Assembly (NCBI RefSeq): GCF_009914755.1 | Contig: NC_060930.1 | Source of the DNA: the human T2T-CHM13v2.0 reference genome, Homo sapiens | Strand: one strand, 5' to 3' | Length of the DNA stretch: 64,000 nucleotides | Part shown: positions 24,361 to 40,850 of the stretch, in pieces | Layout: every line of letters begins with the position of its first letter | How positions within the stretch are numbered: position 1 is the stretch's first letter | Notes under the pieces: model-generated | What the model was told of the DNA's origin: nothing | The model's input: only the letters and a program-made list of their open reading frames with translations | The model's database searches: none | Program-made: the position numbers and the translations under genes

Positions 24361-25358
24361 TCAGTCCTGGGGAACAGCTTCCTGGAGTGGGAGGAGCTCA
24401 GTCCTGGTAACCTGCTGTTCCCTTGCCTGAAACCCCTTGTTTCCTCCACCTTCCATCTCATTCAACAAAGCTCTTGGGAGAACAACTTTAAGGACTCCCT
24501 ATGCCTCTTCCTTCAAAGGTAGCCAGCCAAGAAGTAGATGGCTGGTTGAGCCATACTGACTACCATGGACAGCAGCAACAGAAGGTCAAAGGCAAAGGTC
24601 AGGTATTCTTTTCCTGGCAGGTACACAAGGACAACTAAGGGCAGGCCCCAAACGAGGAAGCTGATGGCCACAAAGCGGACAATGTGGTAGATCCGGATGG
24701 GTGAACAGTTCTTCAGGCAGTACAGGCTCCTGATGATCAAAGTCAGGCTGGAAATGCCCACCACAAGACAAATAAGCATGTGAAATATTATAAAGCCTGC
24801 CTGAAATTGGTCACATGCCAGGCCCTTCTCCCATTACTCACAAACCTGGCTAACCACATGCAAAGAAAGGGCCAGGGCCCAGCTCAGGATGCTCATCACA
24901 GCAGAGGTGTGCTTTGGGCGGTGGCAGCACCAGGTGGGACAGAGGACACACAGAAAGCTCTCAATATTCATGGCCACCAGGAGACAGAGACTCACTGTGT
25001 CAGAGAAATAGGACACAGGCTCCAGAAACATGGCCACCTGCAATGTCACCTGGTGATACAGCATGAGGATTTTCTCCAACAGGATCACAGTTACACAGGA
25101 GAGGTTGACCATATCAGCAGCGGCCAGGTTAAGGACATAGGTCATGTAGGGGCTGCTCCTGACCTGGAAGCAGAAAAGCCAGCACACCACACCATTGCCC
25201 ACCAGCCCACAGAAGGCCACCAGCACTGTCAGGATGAAAACCACCTGTTTGCCCACCAACCACTCGCCTCCCGTATGACTCATGTTCACTTGTCCTGGGG
25301 TCTCTGTCCTGTTGTCCCAATCCAGCTTCCCAGAGAACACTGAGAGAAACTGGGCCAT
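24361..25358 (-). pseudogene. GPR53P: MAS/MRG-like GPCR pseudogene
   Basis: GLVGNGVVCWL, YVLNLAAAD, CLCVLCP-like..CHRPKHTSAV and PAIYFLAG motifs split over several frames (24834-25400, 24513-24779); frameshifts and stops; symbol from recalled locus order. Confidence 0.8.
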
Positions 25359-26746
25359 GGTGGGCTGCCTTGGCTGCCTGGGCACACCCTGCAAAGACAA
25401 AGGTTGGTAACTTACCAGGCCTAGGAAGGAGAGTCAGGGTTGCCTTCTGACCTGCTGGGCTTCCCAAGAGGGTCCTGCTGGGCCTCCCAAGATTGGTGGG
25501 AATCTCACAGAGCAAAGTCAAGGAGAGGAATGAGTCTCCTGCAAGTGATCCATCCATCCCATATCCTCCACTGCAGGGTACCCTCTCCTGCTTGCCCCCA
25601 TCCCTCTCTCCACCTCGTTCAGGTATTCTTGATGCTGTGCCCAACACCAGGTGTGTATCCATGCACCTAGGTGCCCATAAAGGAAAGAGGTGCATTTCTT
25701 TACCTTTGTTCTCCAACTCTCTCATTGACACAGACAGTTTTCATGGCATGGTTTTGGTGGAGGCACCAGGCAATTCCTCTGCCCTAAGGTTCTGAGATAT
25801 TCTGAGTCCCACATGGGGCAGTTGCTTTTCAGTGCTCTAGGGAAGGTCTACCCAACCTCTCTCCTGCTCACCTCCCCTCAACTCCTCACTTTCAGCACGA
25901 GGGCCTCCTGGTAGGACCTTTATGTTGTTCTGCTGCCTGGAAGGGCCTCTGCACATCTGTAAGCTTTGTATCCTCTTTCCAATCTTTGCCCCAGTATCAA
26001 CTTCCAGAGAAGCTTCTGCTTCCTATTAACATTGCATTCATCACATGCTGAGTGTCTATGCAACTTACTTACTTCTGCAGAAATCCCTCTGTGGGAATGG
26101 AAGATTTATCAGGTTTTTTATTCTCTTCACAATGTTGTTCAATAACTTCTCCAGCTCCTGGAACAGGGTTTGACATAGAGGACTCACTTGGGTACGGCAC
26201 CTATGGAGAGCTTTATGCAGCTCAGTTACACTTGGGGAAGTGCTGGTGACCTCTTCATAAAAGCAAACTTTGCTTCTGAATCACAGAAGCTTCTGGAACA
26301 AAGCTTGTTCCGCAAACTGATTTAAAAAAAAAGGCTTCTTGGACTCCTGAGGGAGACTCACACCTGAACCCTGGGCTACGTCCACAACAGGAGCAGGCAC
26401 TCTCCTCCACATTGCCAATCACAGGTCTTTCTTTGTAGAATCATGAGGGGAGGGTGACCAACTTATCCTGCTTTGCCTAGGACTTTCCCAGTTTAAGCTC
26501 TGAACATCTCTTGTCCTGAAAATCCTCATAGCCCTAGGAAAACCAAGGTGGTTTGTTGCCCAACTTGAAAGTTAAACAGGAGAAGGTCAGTACCCCTTCT
26601 GGAATCCCACAGCTTGGTTAAACCCAGTGATCTGAGGAGTTCATGCTGAGACTGTGAGAGCTGACCTCTTGGGGGCAAATCCCAGCTCTTTTTCATAGTA
26701 GCTGACTCTTTCTTTGCCTCAGCATCCCCATCTAAGTAAGGGCTGC

Positions 26747-27125
26747 TGCTATGGGATGAATTGTATTCTTCTAAATTCATATGTTGAACTATCCCAGTAC
26801 CTCAGAATGTGACTGAATTTGGAGACAGGGACATTAAAGGGGTAATTATGTTTAGATGGGTCATTAGGGTAGGCCCTAATCCAATAGGGGTAGTGTCTTC
26901 ATAAGTAAAGGAGATTAGGACACAGACACCCACAGGGGGATGACCATGAGAAGACACAGGGAGAAGGCAGCCATCTACAAGCTAAGGAGAGAGGCTTTGG
27001 AAAGAAATGATCCCGGCAATCTTTGGATCTCAGACTTTCAGCCTCCTAAAACTGAGAGAATGAACTTCTGCTGTTTAAGCCACTCAGTCTGTGATCTCTG
27101 TCATGGGAGCCTGAACTGATGATCA
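26747..27125 (+). mobile_element. MaLR LTR (MLT1-type)
   Basis: TGCTATGG..GAATTGT..., GGCCCTAATCCAAT and CTGCTGTTTAAGCCACTCAGTCTGTG motifs. Confidence 0.8.
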
Positions 27126-29574
27126 CATTTATGATGAAAAGTTTACAGACGGAATTATGGAAAGTCTCAGAACAGTGAGATCTACCTGGTTCTACAACCC
27201 TGAGCTGCTGAAGCTTTGCTTCTGAATCACAGAAGCTTCTAGAACAGAGCTTGTTCCACAAACTAACTGATAAATGCCTGCGATATGCCTGGAAATATTC
27301 CACAGGTGACCTTGTGGCCTGCAGTCACATATTGGTGCATCAGCAGGGTTTAGGAGAATGCTAGGGACCAGCTCCAAGTGAGCCCAGTGTTTGAATCTTC
27401 CCTCCTTGCTGGGATGATGGAGTCCCCTTCAGTTGGCAGCTCTCTTGAAATGGAAGGGTCCAGCCCCAGCCCCTCCCCTCCCTGCACTTGTTACCTAGAC
27501 ACTCTTACCTGAGGCCAGGGAGGACCGCAGATCTGGCTCAGATCTAATCTGGTCATAGGATGAGTCTTGGGGCTTGGTAACATTGGTGCCCATGGAAACA
27601 TCAGGGTGACCTGCAGTTCTGTGCCTGGGCCAGGGTGTCAGAACTCGTGATGATGACAGAAGAGAAGCTGCAAACAGACCTCCGTGGCCCACCCCAGGCC
27701 ACCAAGGCACCAAGCAGGAGCAGTTGGGCTCTGGTCCCCAACAAAGAAAGGAGATTTATAGATAAAAGAGTTTCAAGGGGAGAGGTGACTTACCCTTCAA
27801 CAAAGAGAAAATGCCCATTTTGGAGGCAGCATGTGGCTTCAGGGACAGAGCCAGGCTTCCCATCCCTGGGCTCACTGAGACCTAGCTCATGCCCAGAGAC
27901 CACTACTGAGGCCAGTGACTAAGCAGCACATTCTTCCTCATCACACAAGAGGAGGACACAGCCCTCCTGGGGTGGGAAGGCTTCAGTGCCTGGTGCAGCC
28001 CCAGCACTGGGCACAGAGAGATCCTAGCACCTGGAAATGTCATTTCCAAGTCGGGTCATGAGCCAAGCTCCCCAAGGAGCATAAACAACAAACAGGTTGG
28101 ATCCTGGGATTCAGGGAGCCAGCTCTGATGGAAGTGCTCAGGTTGATGCAGCCAAAATAGCCAAGTAACCTTTGCATTGGGATTGAAGTACTTGCTCTGG
28201 TTCTGAGTTGAGAGCCCACCCTCCCCACTTAATCTTTATTTGAGGTGAAATTTACATAACACAAATTAACTAATTTAAAGGGCACAGTTCTGCCTCACTT
28301 AGCACCTTCACAATGTTGTGCAACCACCACCTCTATCTGGTTCCAAAATATTTACATACCCCCATAAGAAAGCCTTTTACCTGTTAGCAGTTACTCCCCT
28401 TGTCTTCCTCCTCCCAGCTCTTGGCAACCCCATCTACCTTCCATTTCTGCACATTCACCTATTCTGGACATGTCCTATTAATGGAATCAGACCCTCTGTG
28501 ATTTTTTGTCTGTTTCTTTCACTCAGCCTCTTGTTTTCATGGCTTCTTCACAGGGTAGCATGCATAAGAACTTCATTCCTTGCGTTAGATACAAACTAAA
28601 TATGAATATAGAAGCTGTGAAATCAGAAGACCCAAAAGGATTTTCCTAGAAGTCATAGACTACACCTCAGTAATACAGTGGCTCAAATCCTACCTTTAAC
28701 AGAATAACACACCCTCTGCCCATCTACACAGCTGGGGCATTTGTGAACCAGGGGCCAGGGCACAGTTGTGGCTCACCTGCTGGGACTACCCTGGAACCCC
28801 GAATCCTGCTTTCTCCAGGAACCTGGTTTCTGTCCTGTCCCCATTTTCCTGAGAAATGCACCTTCCCCAGTAAAAAATCATGAGGTTTCAAATTCCAGGA
28901 AAATATGTCTCTGAGTTAAAATGGTTTGAAAATGAAAGAAGGAAGAGAGATCTTTTCTCATACCTGGGAAGTCTTGGATAGAATTGGTACCACAGAGGCC
29001 AATGTCCTGAGAGATGAAAGTTCTGCCCACAGGTCAGGAAGCAATCTAACGATGTCTGATTTGAACTGGGTCCTGACAAGAGGTTGTCAATTTCTCTGTG
29101 TCTGTTGGGTCTTCCTGTACTGGGGCAAATTGCATATCAGGGCCCAGGCCTTTATCTGAAACATTGTATCTCAGCATCTCCTGATATCCCCCATCCCACT
29201 GACACTTTTGATTACTCCATCCTGAACAATAACTTCCCTCAAAAAAGAAGGATCTTTAAGACAAGTTGTCACCTGCCTCCCTGTGTGAATCTCCTAGAAT
29301 GACATCCAGCCCAGCCCAGCCCATCTGAGACAGGCAGGAGAGGGAACTCTGGTGGGCATTTTGTCAATAAACTTGAGCATGCCAGGAACTCAAATGTGCT
29401 CCTTTCATTTTGCTGTCAATTGAATTGCATTTTTTTTTTTTTGCAAAAGATGTGGAAGTTCTTGTAAATCTGTGTCAGAAACTTACATTGGATTCACCAA
29501 GCCTAGGGAGATTTGGCTGTGCTTTGTTGGAGCCAATATTTTTCACCCTGGTTTACCCCACCACTGACTTGCTT

Positions 29575-29918
<344 letters not shown>

Positions 29919-30469
29919 CTAATTTCGATCAATCAATAAGTCAATTAGTTCATTTTCATTACATCTCTCTGAATCAATTGAGAGATAAATTGAGAAGTCA
30001 AAACAATGCCCAACAACATAGCATCTTTATTCCTCCCTCCCCTAATGACCTGGGAAGCAGTTTGTGACCCCAAAGCACTTGCTTATATGTTATTCTCTCC
30101 AGGAATTGAATTTACTCCTCAAAGTAATAGGCACAGGCACCCATGGTCAACACCTGTCTCCTGAAGCTTATCACTTAATGGAGGGAACCCAGGAGTATGA
30201 TTCCTCCATGCAGACAGTCAGATTCCAAGGAGAAAGGAGGAAAAGTCCTTCAAATGCCACATTCAGCCCCTTCTTCTGGATGCCCCACTCAGCAAAGTCA
30301 CTTGTGGCTGATGCTGGTCAGAGAAGCCCTTCCAAATGGGAACATGGGTGTAGGAAATATGTGCTTCTCACACTCCCAAAGGATCACAAATGGGGCCCTG
30401 TGTCTCTTAACTTCCTTATGTACAAAAGTACATACTCACTAGAATATGATTTTACAACATTTCCATCAT

Positions 30470-33800
<3,331 letters not shown>

Positions 33801-33803
33801 AGG

Positions 33804-34220
33804 GGAGAAGGCTGGCAAGATGGTGGAATAGGAATAGCTCTGGTCTGCACCTCCCAGCAAGATTGACCCAGAAGGTGGATGATTTCTGCATTTCCAACTG
33901 AGGTACCCAGTTCATCTTATTGGGACTGGTTGGACAGCGGGTGCAGCCCATGGAGGGTGTGCCAAAGCAGGGTGGGGCATCGCCTCACCCGGGGAGCACA
34001 AGAGGTCAAGGAACTCCCTCTCCTAGCCAAGGGAAGCCGAAGCCTTGAGGGACTGTGTGGGGAGGAACGGTGCACTCTGGCACAGATACTGCGCTTTCCT
34101 CACGTCTTCGAAACCTATAGACCAGGAGATTCCCTCTGGTGCCTATGCCACCAGGGCCCTGGGTTTCAAGCACAAAACTAGGAGGCTGTTTAGGCAGACA
34201 CCAAGCTAGCTGCAGGAGGT
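33804..34220 (+). mobile_element. L1PA 5' UTR fragment
   Basis: GGCTGGCAAGATGG..GAATAGGAATAGCTC..GATTTCTGCATTTCCAACTGAGGTAC. Confidence 0.8.
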
Positions 34221-34242
34221 TTATTTTTTCTGATTAAGTCAA

Positions 34243-34460
34243 GCAGCAGTTCTCACCGTGGCTAATTAGGCCTCCCACTGGGACATTTGGCAATGTCTGG
34301 AGCTGGTTTTGATTGTCACAATTAGAGAGGATGCACTACTATCACCTAGTGGGTAGAGCCCCGAGATGGTGCTAAACATCCTACAATGCACAGGACAGCA
34401 CCCCCAACAAAGGATGATCCAGTCAAAATCGTCAGTAGTACTGAGGTGGAGGGCACTGAT
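34243..34460. mobile_element. MER20 DNA transposon
   Basis: GGACATTTGGCAATGTCTGGAG and GCTAAACATCCTACAATGCACAGGACAGC. Confidence 0.8.
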
Positions 34461-34464
34461 CTTT

Positions 34465-36660
34465 AGATCTTGTGACTAGGCTTTTTCTTTCTGAGTAACA
34501 TGGAAACTGCTGAAAGATTTTGAGATAAGAAGTGGTATGATCTGAGTTGTTATAAATGGGTTACTCTGGCTTCCATGTTGAGAATATACTAAAGGTTAAG
34601 GGAAGAACCAGAGGATTATTTCAATCATCCAAGCAAGAGATGTTGACAAGGACAGACCAGAGTGGTGGTCCTAACAGTGATAACGATTTGTCAGTTTCAC
34701 AACATATTTTTGCAGGTAGAGCCAATAGAATTTGTGGGTAGATTATATGTGAGTGAGATGAAGAAGAGTCAGTATCACAAGATTTTTGTCTGAGAAACTA
34801 GAAGAATGGATTTTCATTACGGGAGATGAGAAAGGCTACAGAAGAAGCACATTGTGGGGGAGAGGGTGGGTAGTAAGGAGCTCAGTTTATGGCATGTTAA
34901 ATCTGAGATGTGTATTAGATACCAAAAGCTGCTGGTGGGTAGACAATTGGACATAGGAATCTGGAGGTTAGGAGAAAAATCCAGCCTGGAAATATAAATT
35001 TAGGAGTCATCAGCATATAGATGGTGTACAATGTCATAAGACTGGATGACGGAAGTGCATGTAAAAAAGGAAAGAGGACTGAACCCTAGGCACAGCAGGG
35101 AGGAGGAGAAACCAATAAAGGAGATTCAGAAGGAGCAGCTGGGAGACTTTGGTGATTTGAAGCTGTCAGTCAGCTCAGACTGCCATAACAAAATACCATA
35201 AACTGGGTGGCTTCAACAACAGAAGTTGATTTCTCACAGTTCTGGAGGCTGGGAAGTTCAAGATCAAGATGCTGGCTGATTTTGTTCCTGGTGATGGCTC
35301 TCCTCCTGGCTTGCAGACAACTCCCTACTTGCTGCCTCCTCACGTGGCCTTTCCTCTTTTATAAGGAAACTAATCCTATTTGGCCCTCACCTTTGTGACC
35401 TCATTTAACTATAATTACCTCCTAAAATGCCCATTTCAAATACCATCACATTGAGGATTAGATTTTCAACATATGAATTTTGGGGGGGGACACAATTCAG
35501 TCCATAGCAGAAGTGAAAGGCATGTTCCAAAAAGGAAAGCTAAGTCCACTCTATTGAAAAGCTTCTAACAGGTCAAGTAACATGAGGACTGAAAACTACT
35601 ATATCAATGTGGAGGTCAGTTTGTGACCTTCGATGAAAGGTTTCCAGTGCAGAAACCTTGTTGGAGCCAACCCGAAAGAGAATTCAAGGACTTGGATGGT
35701 AGCTAGGGGGAAGTGAAGTCAAGAGAAGATTATTTTCTGATGAGTGAAATCAAAGTATGTTTATGTATTGATGGGGATGGTCCACTGGAAGGACAAATTA
35801 TATTACAGGAAAGAGGGGAAAGATTAGAGTAATGTCCCTGAATAAGTGGAAAGGGATGGAATATAGTGGGCAAGTGGGGGTACTGGCATCAGACAGATGC
35901 AAAATAGTATATTCCTAGCAGTATCAGAAGAAAAGGTGGAGTCCCATATGTGAGCACAGATGCAAGTAGGTGAACAGATGGGTTAGTAAGAACTTCTCTT
36001 TTTATTGCTTTACATTTTTTCAGTAAAAAATGAAGTAAAATTTTTATCTGAGAAAGATGATATTATTTGAGAGAGAGGAGTACTGGGGATTTGAGGGGAG
36101 ACCAGAAAGTATGCATGAGTTACGTAGGAGAGGGGAAAGTGAGTGGACTAGGAAAATATGATTATCAATGACATTAGCCCCTTCCTCTTAAAGTAGTGGT
36201 CATGAATGTAAAGTGAAACCTCTCAGTGTGGCTATTGGCTTTCCTTCGGCCACAGTCAGCTGAACAAATATAGGGAGAGAGTAGGACTATAGTTGGATTT
36301 AAATAGGAAAGCAATTTAGCTGAAAGAGTGTAACAAGTGAAAAGGGCAGGAACATTGATGTATGCAAAGGAGTAATAGTGATTGACGAGACAGTCTAAGC
36401 TTGATAGAGAACTGAAGATACAAGGGGCGTGAGGGGCCACGATGAATTTGCGGACCTCTCACTGAGGAAGAAACTGAGAGGAAAGTATAGAAAGATAATC
36501 TATGAGGATACTGAATTCACCAAGAATCATCACAGTACTGGAGAGAGTGAGAGGGGATCAGGGACAAAAATCTTCAAGGACGAAGGAGGAGCAAAGGGAA
36601 AGAGAATGATGAGAGCCACAAGTGGGGAGGTGGACTTTGGAGCAAAGCTGATGACATAAC
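34465..36660. mobile_element. L2 fragments interrupted by an MLT1-type LTR (about 35163-35508, -)
   Basis: TTTAGGAGTCATCAGCATATAGATGG L2 motif; TTCTCACAGTTCTGGAGGCTGGGAAGT MaLR motif. Confidence 0.55.
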
Positions 36661-37513
36661 AGTCAAAGCTACATTCAAAACTAATAATGACTTCAACAAA
36701 TCTACAAAATTCCTGACAGAAAGGGTTATTTTCCTTGTTTTACAGATGATGACATTGAGAGTCACTGAAGTTAAACAATTAGCTTAAGGTCACTCCATCA
36801 GAGAATGAAATTCTAAACCAGTTCCAATTGAATAGTAGAAATATTAATGAGAGGGAATTACGCTGCCTTTGGCCTTCATACACTGCCAGAGGCACACTAC
36901 CCTAAAGGGACTTTCCCTCCAGAATTTCCTCTTCCCCACTCTTGGGGACTCCTCTCCGGACACCTTCATGCAAAGTACTAATGATAGGAGTGGGACATCT
37001 ATTCCCCAGAGCTCCATCCTCTCTTCTAAATAACAGGGAACGTTGAGTCCCCTGTTTTTTCTCTAGTGAGAGCACTCATCAGCATGCTTCCTCCTCTCTA
37101 ACTGTGTCCTTTAGATCCAGGAGGGATATTTGCTACCACCACCAGCTAATGCTGATTTGCTACCAGCACAAGGCCCAGGTCCTTGTCTGGTCTGTACCCC
37201 ATTACAAGGTTCTCCAGGAACAGACATCACCACCTCTGCCTAGATCCTGAAATTTCACAAATGTAGGTTCTTTCTTACCCGTTCTTTTTATTCCTCTATT
37301 TACAAGCACAATGACACCCACCCCTCGTCTTCTTCCTGAAATACCTGGCTCTGATCCCAGGCATCCATTCCAGAAATCAACACAGCTATGCAATTGCATC
37401 TTTTATTAAATACTCCCAACTCCATTTCAAATCCAGAGAATCCAGAGCAGGAGCAAGAGACCAACCTATCATCTGGAAACTCAAGGTGTAAACATTAGTG
37501 CCAAAGATTAGTC

Positions 37514-40500
37514 ATGAAGGTAAGTTGGGTATTACAGTGCCCTACAACACAATGGTCTTGTGCCGAGAGCCACATTCTGAAATACCAAGTGAAGTTTGAT
37601 GACACATTATATTATATATTTCACAACAGATTTGTCTTCTAGATGTGTGAGGGAGATGATGGGTTTATGTGTACAGGTGCACACATGCCTATGTTTTGGG
37701 GAATTTGTGCATACATGTAACAAGAATGTTATCTGTGCAGTTTTATTATTGTGTGCCTGTTTTCATGGTGTGGCATATTTGAAGAGGAATGGTTTAGAGC
37801 TTGCCAGGCTGAACAGTTATGTGTCCGTGTAATCACCGCATTAAAGAATTTGACCTTTTGTAACTCAACATCTCTAGCCACCATTGGTCTGTAAGCCTGA
37901 ATGTCACCTCTCCTACTTTATTCATCTCTGATATGACCCCAAATTATAAAATGATCTATAAATATAGGTAAGACTTTGCATGTCCTTTCATACTCCACAG
38001 TCTCTAGCACAGTGGATCCTGGTTGATCAAACAGGAAGGACCTCGAAGTTAGTCAAATATAAGTGGAAAACCTATTAAGCATTTACAAATAATGTGGCCT
38101 TGGGCAAGTAATTTAACTTCAGTTACTCTCCTAACATACTCTATAAAATAAGGCTATTGCCTAATATTCAAGTGAGTTAAGATTAGAGTTAATAAATGAA
38201 AAGAGATGTAAATGTTCATAGCAGTTGTATCACTGCCTAGCATAAGAACCCCTTAAAAACCTGTTTCTTAATTTGGGAAACAGATATGACGATAGTTAGC
38301 ATTTATTAAAGGATGACAGTTAACAACTGCTATGTGCCAGGCCTTGTTCTAACAGCTTTTCATATTTAGCCCACTTAACATATTTCTATTTTCATATGAG
38401 GAAACTGAGGCAGAGAGAGGCTAAGTAACATACCCAAGGTTTTCCAGCTAGAAAATGGCAGAGCCAGGACTCAAACCCAGGCAGTCTGGCTGCTGAGCCC
38501 TGGTTCTTAATTATGACATTAATGCTTATTCTGCCCAGTGAGGATAAAATGAGTGAAACATAAAATCAAACAGGATGTTTTGGTAGGGAGCAGTGTTTTT
38601 TCCCTCTGAAAAATGAAAAATTAGGTTATTGTGATTTTGTAATTTACAGCAGTGAATATGATGTGAAAAATAAGTTATCCATATAATAATTTATGTCAGG
38701 AGTCATGCAGCAGAAAGATTTCTGTCCATCACATAAACTTTCATCCATTACATAACCCATATGTTTCTGTACCATTAAGACACTTGGTTCAACAAGACCC
38801 TTGGAGAATGAGGTTCCTTTTGTTCCCTGGGGTTCTCTTTTTATTTTATTTTTGGATTAATATTTGATAGTAAAGCCAAGGATTTGGGACAGGAAACTTA
38901 GATGACATCTAGTTCAAACTCCTTGATTTACATATGAAAAAATTGAGACAGAGGGAAATGAAGATTTCCCCATATCATATAACTGGCTAAAGGGAGCTAT
39001 GTAGGTAAAACCAAGATGTCCTGATATTCTAGTCTACCAGAAAGTGTTCTTTTTTTCTACCCAACTTATTCCTGATTTAAAGGCTAGTATACGTGTGCTG
39101 ATCTCCCCTCAGTGGGAGGGGCATGGACGTTGGGAGTAGTCTCTATTCACAACAAATTAAAAATCAGTAATCAGCCGTATAATGGGTTGTGTTAGAAAGT
39201 AAACTAAGGCCCAATAAAATATTTAAGAGTTTATTTGAGCAGTGATCCATGAATTGGGCAGCTCCAAGCCAGAAGTGGCTAGGGAGCTCCCCAGAGAGAA
39301 CATGAGGAGGAGGCTTTTTAGGACAAATAGATAAAAGCAAAGATAATATTTCATTGGTTACAGTTATACAGTTACACAGTTATACAGTTGCCTTATTTGG
39401 TCTATCCCATGAGGAAGTCCTAGTTACTAATTACGTTTTTGTTGGCTGCTTCTGATTGGTTGAGCTTAAGTTCTGTGTTTCTTTAACATAGGCATTTACA
39501 AGAAATACCACAAATAAAGTTTCAGACATGCTTGCAAATCAAGCAAGGTTAAGGTCACTTAGGAGGCCCAACTGGCTCTGTCTGCTCAAGGATTCTTCTG
39601 GCCTCGTCTCCATTTTACATGAACTGTTGCATAAATAAACACAGAGTACCTGAAACAACGGAGGTGATCATTCTGCCTACCGAGTGTTGGCCACGCCAAG
39701 CTTGGAGTGTTGCTCTTATTCTTAGGGAGTTTATTTTTAAGTAATCTCATCTGTAAATGGGATTACAATCCACAAACTGACCTTGTATATGATTCCATTC
39801 CTTCTCCCAGCCCAGCCCCACACTCCAAGGTTTTCCCTTTGCTTATAAGGGGTAGTCACCCTTTTTTATTTCGACCTTCCAAACATTCTGGGAGTTTTCC
39901 TCCTTTAGGCCAACTACAGCGCAGAGGAGCGCTTTCTCCTGCTGGGTTTCTCCGACTGGCCTTCCCTGCAGCCGGTCCTCTTCGCCCTTGTCCTCCTGTG
40001 CTACCTCCTGACCTTGACGGGCAACTCGGCGCTGGTGCTGCTGGCGGTGCGCGACCCGCGCCTGCACACGCCCATGTACTACTTCCTCTGCCACCTGGCC
40101 TTGGTAGACGCGGGCTTCACTACTAGCGTGGTGCCGCCGCTGCTGGCCAACCTGCGCGGACCAGCGCTCTGGCTGCCGCGCAGCCACTGCACGGCCCAGC
40201 TGTGCGCATCGCTGGCTCTGGGTTCGGCCGAATGCGTCCTCCTGGCGGTGATGGCTCTGGACCGCGCGGCCGCAGTGTGCCGCCCGCTGCGCTATGCGGG
40301 GCTCGTCTCCCCGCGCCTATGTCGCACGCTGGCCAGCGCCTCCTGGCTAAGCGGCCTCACCAACTCGGTTGCGCAAACCGCGCTCCTGGCTGAGCGGCCG
40401 CTGTGCGCGCCCCGCCTGCTGGACCACTTCATCTGTGAGCTGCCGGCGTTGCTCAAGCTGGCCTGCGGAGGCGACGGAGACACTACCGAGAACCAGATGT

Positions 40501-40850
40501 TCGCCGCCCGCGTGGTCATCCTGCTGCTGCCGTTTGCCGTCATCCTGGCCTCCTACGGTGCCGTGGCCCGAGCTGTCTGTTGCATGCGGTTCAGCGGAGG
40601 CCGGAGGAGGGCGGTGGGCACGTGTGGGTCCCACCTGACAGCCGTCTGCCTGTTCTACGGCTCGGCCATCTACACCTACCTGCAGCCCGCGCAGCGCTAC
40701 AACCAGGCACGGGGCAAGTTCGTATCGCTCTTCTACACCGTGGTCACACCTGCTCTCAACCCGCTCATCTACACCCTCAGGAATAAGAAAGTGAAGGGGG
40801 CAGCGAGGAGGCTGCTGCGGAGTCTGGGGAGAGGCCAGGCTGGGCAGTGA
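37514..40850 (+). CDS. OR2I1P: Olfactory receptor family 2I, CDS join(37514..37519,39909..40850), 315 aa
   Basis: ATGAAG|GTAAGT donor plus tttag|GCC acceptor give MKANYSAEERFLLLGF; intact motifs LHTPMYYFL, MALDR..VCRPLRY, TCGSHL, LNPLIYTLRN. Confidence 0.88.
39915..40820. promoter_or_regulatory. CpG island over the OR2I1P coding exon
   Basis: Very high GC and CpG density compared with the AT-rich flanks. Confidence 0.85.

Noticed and set aside
39189-39490. Possible old LTR in the OR2I1P intron
   Set aside because: TG...CA ends are plausible but I cannot assign a family or TSD with confidence
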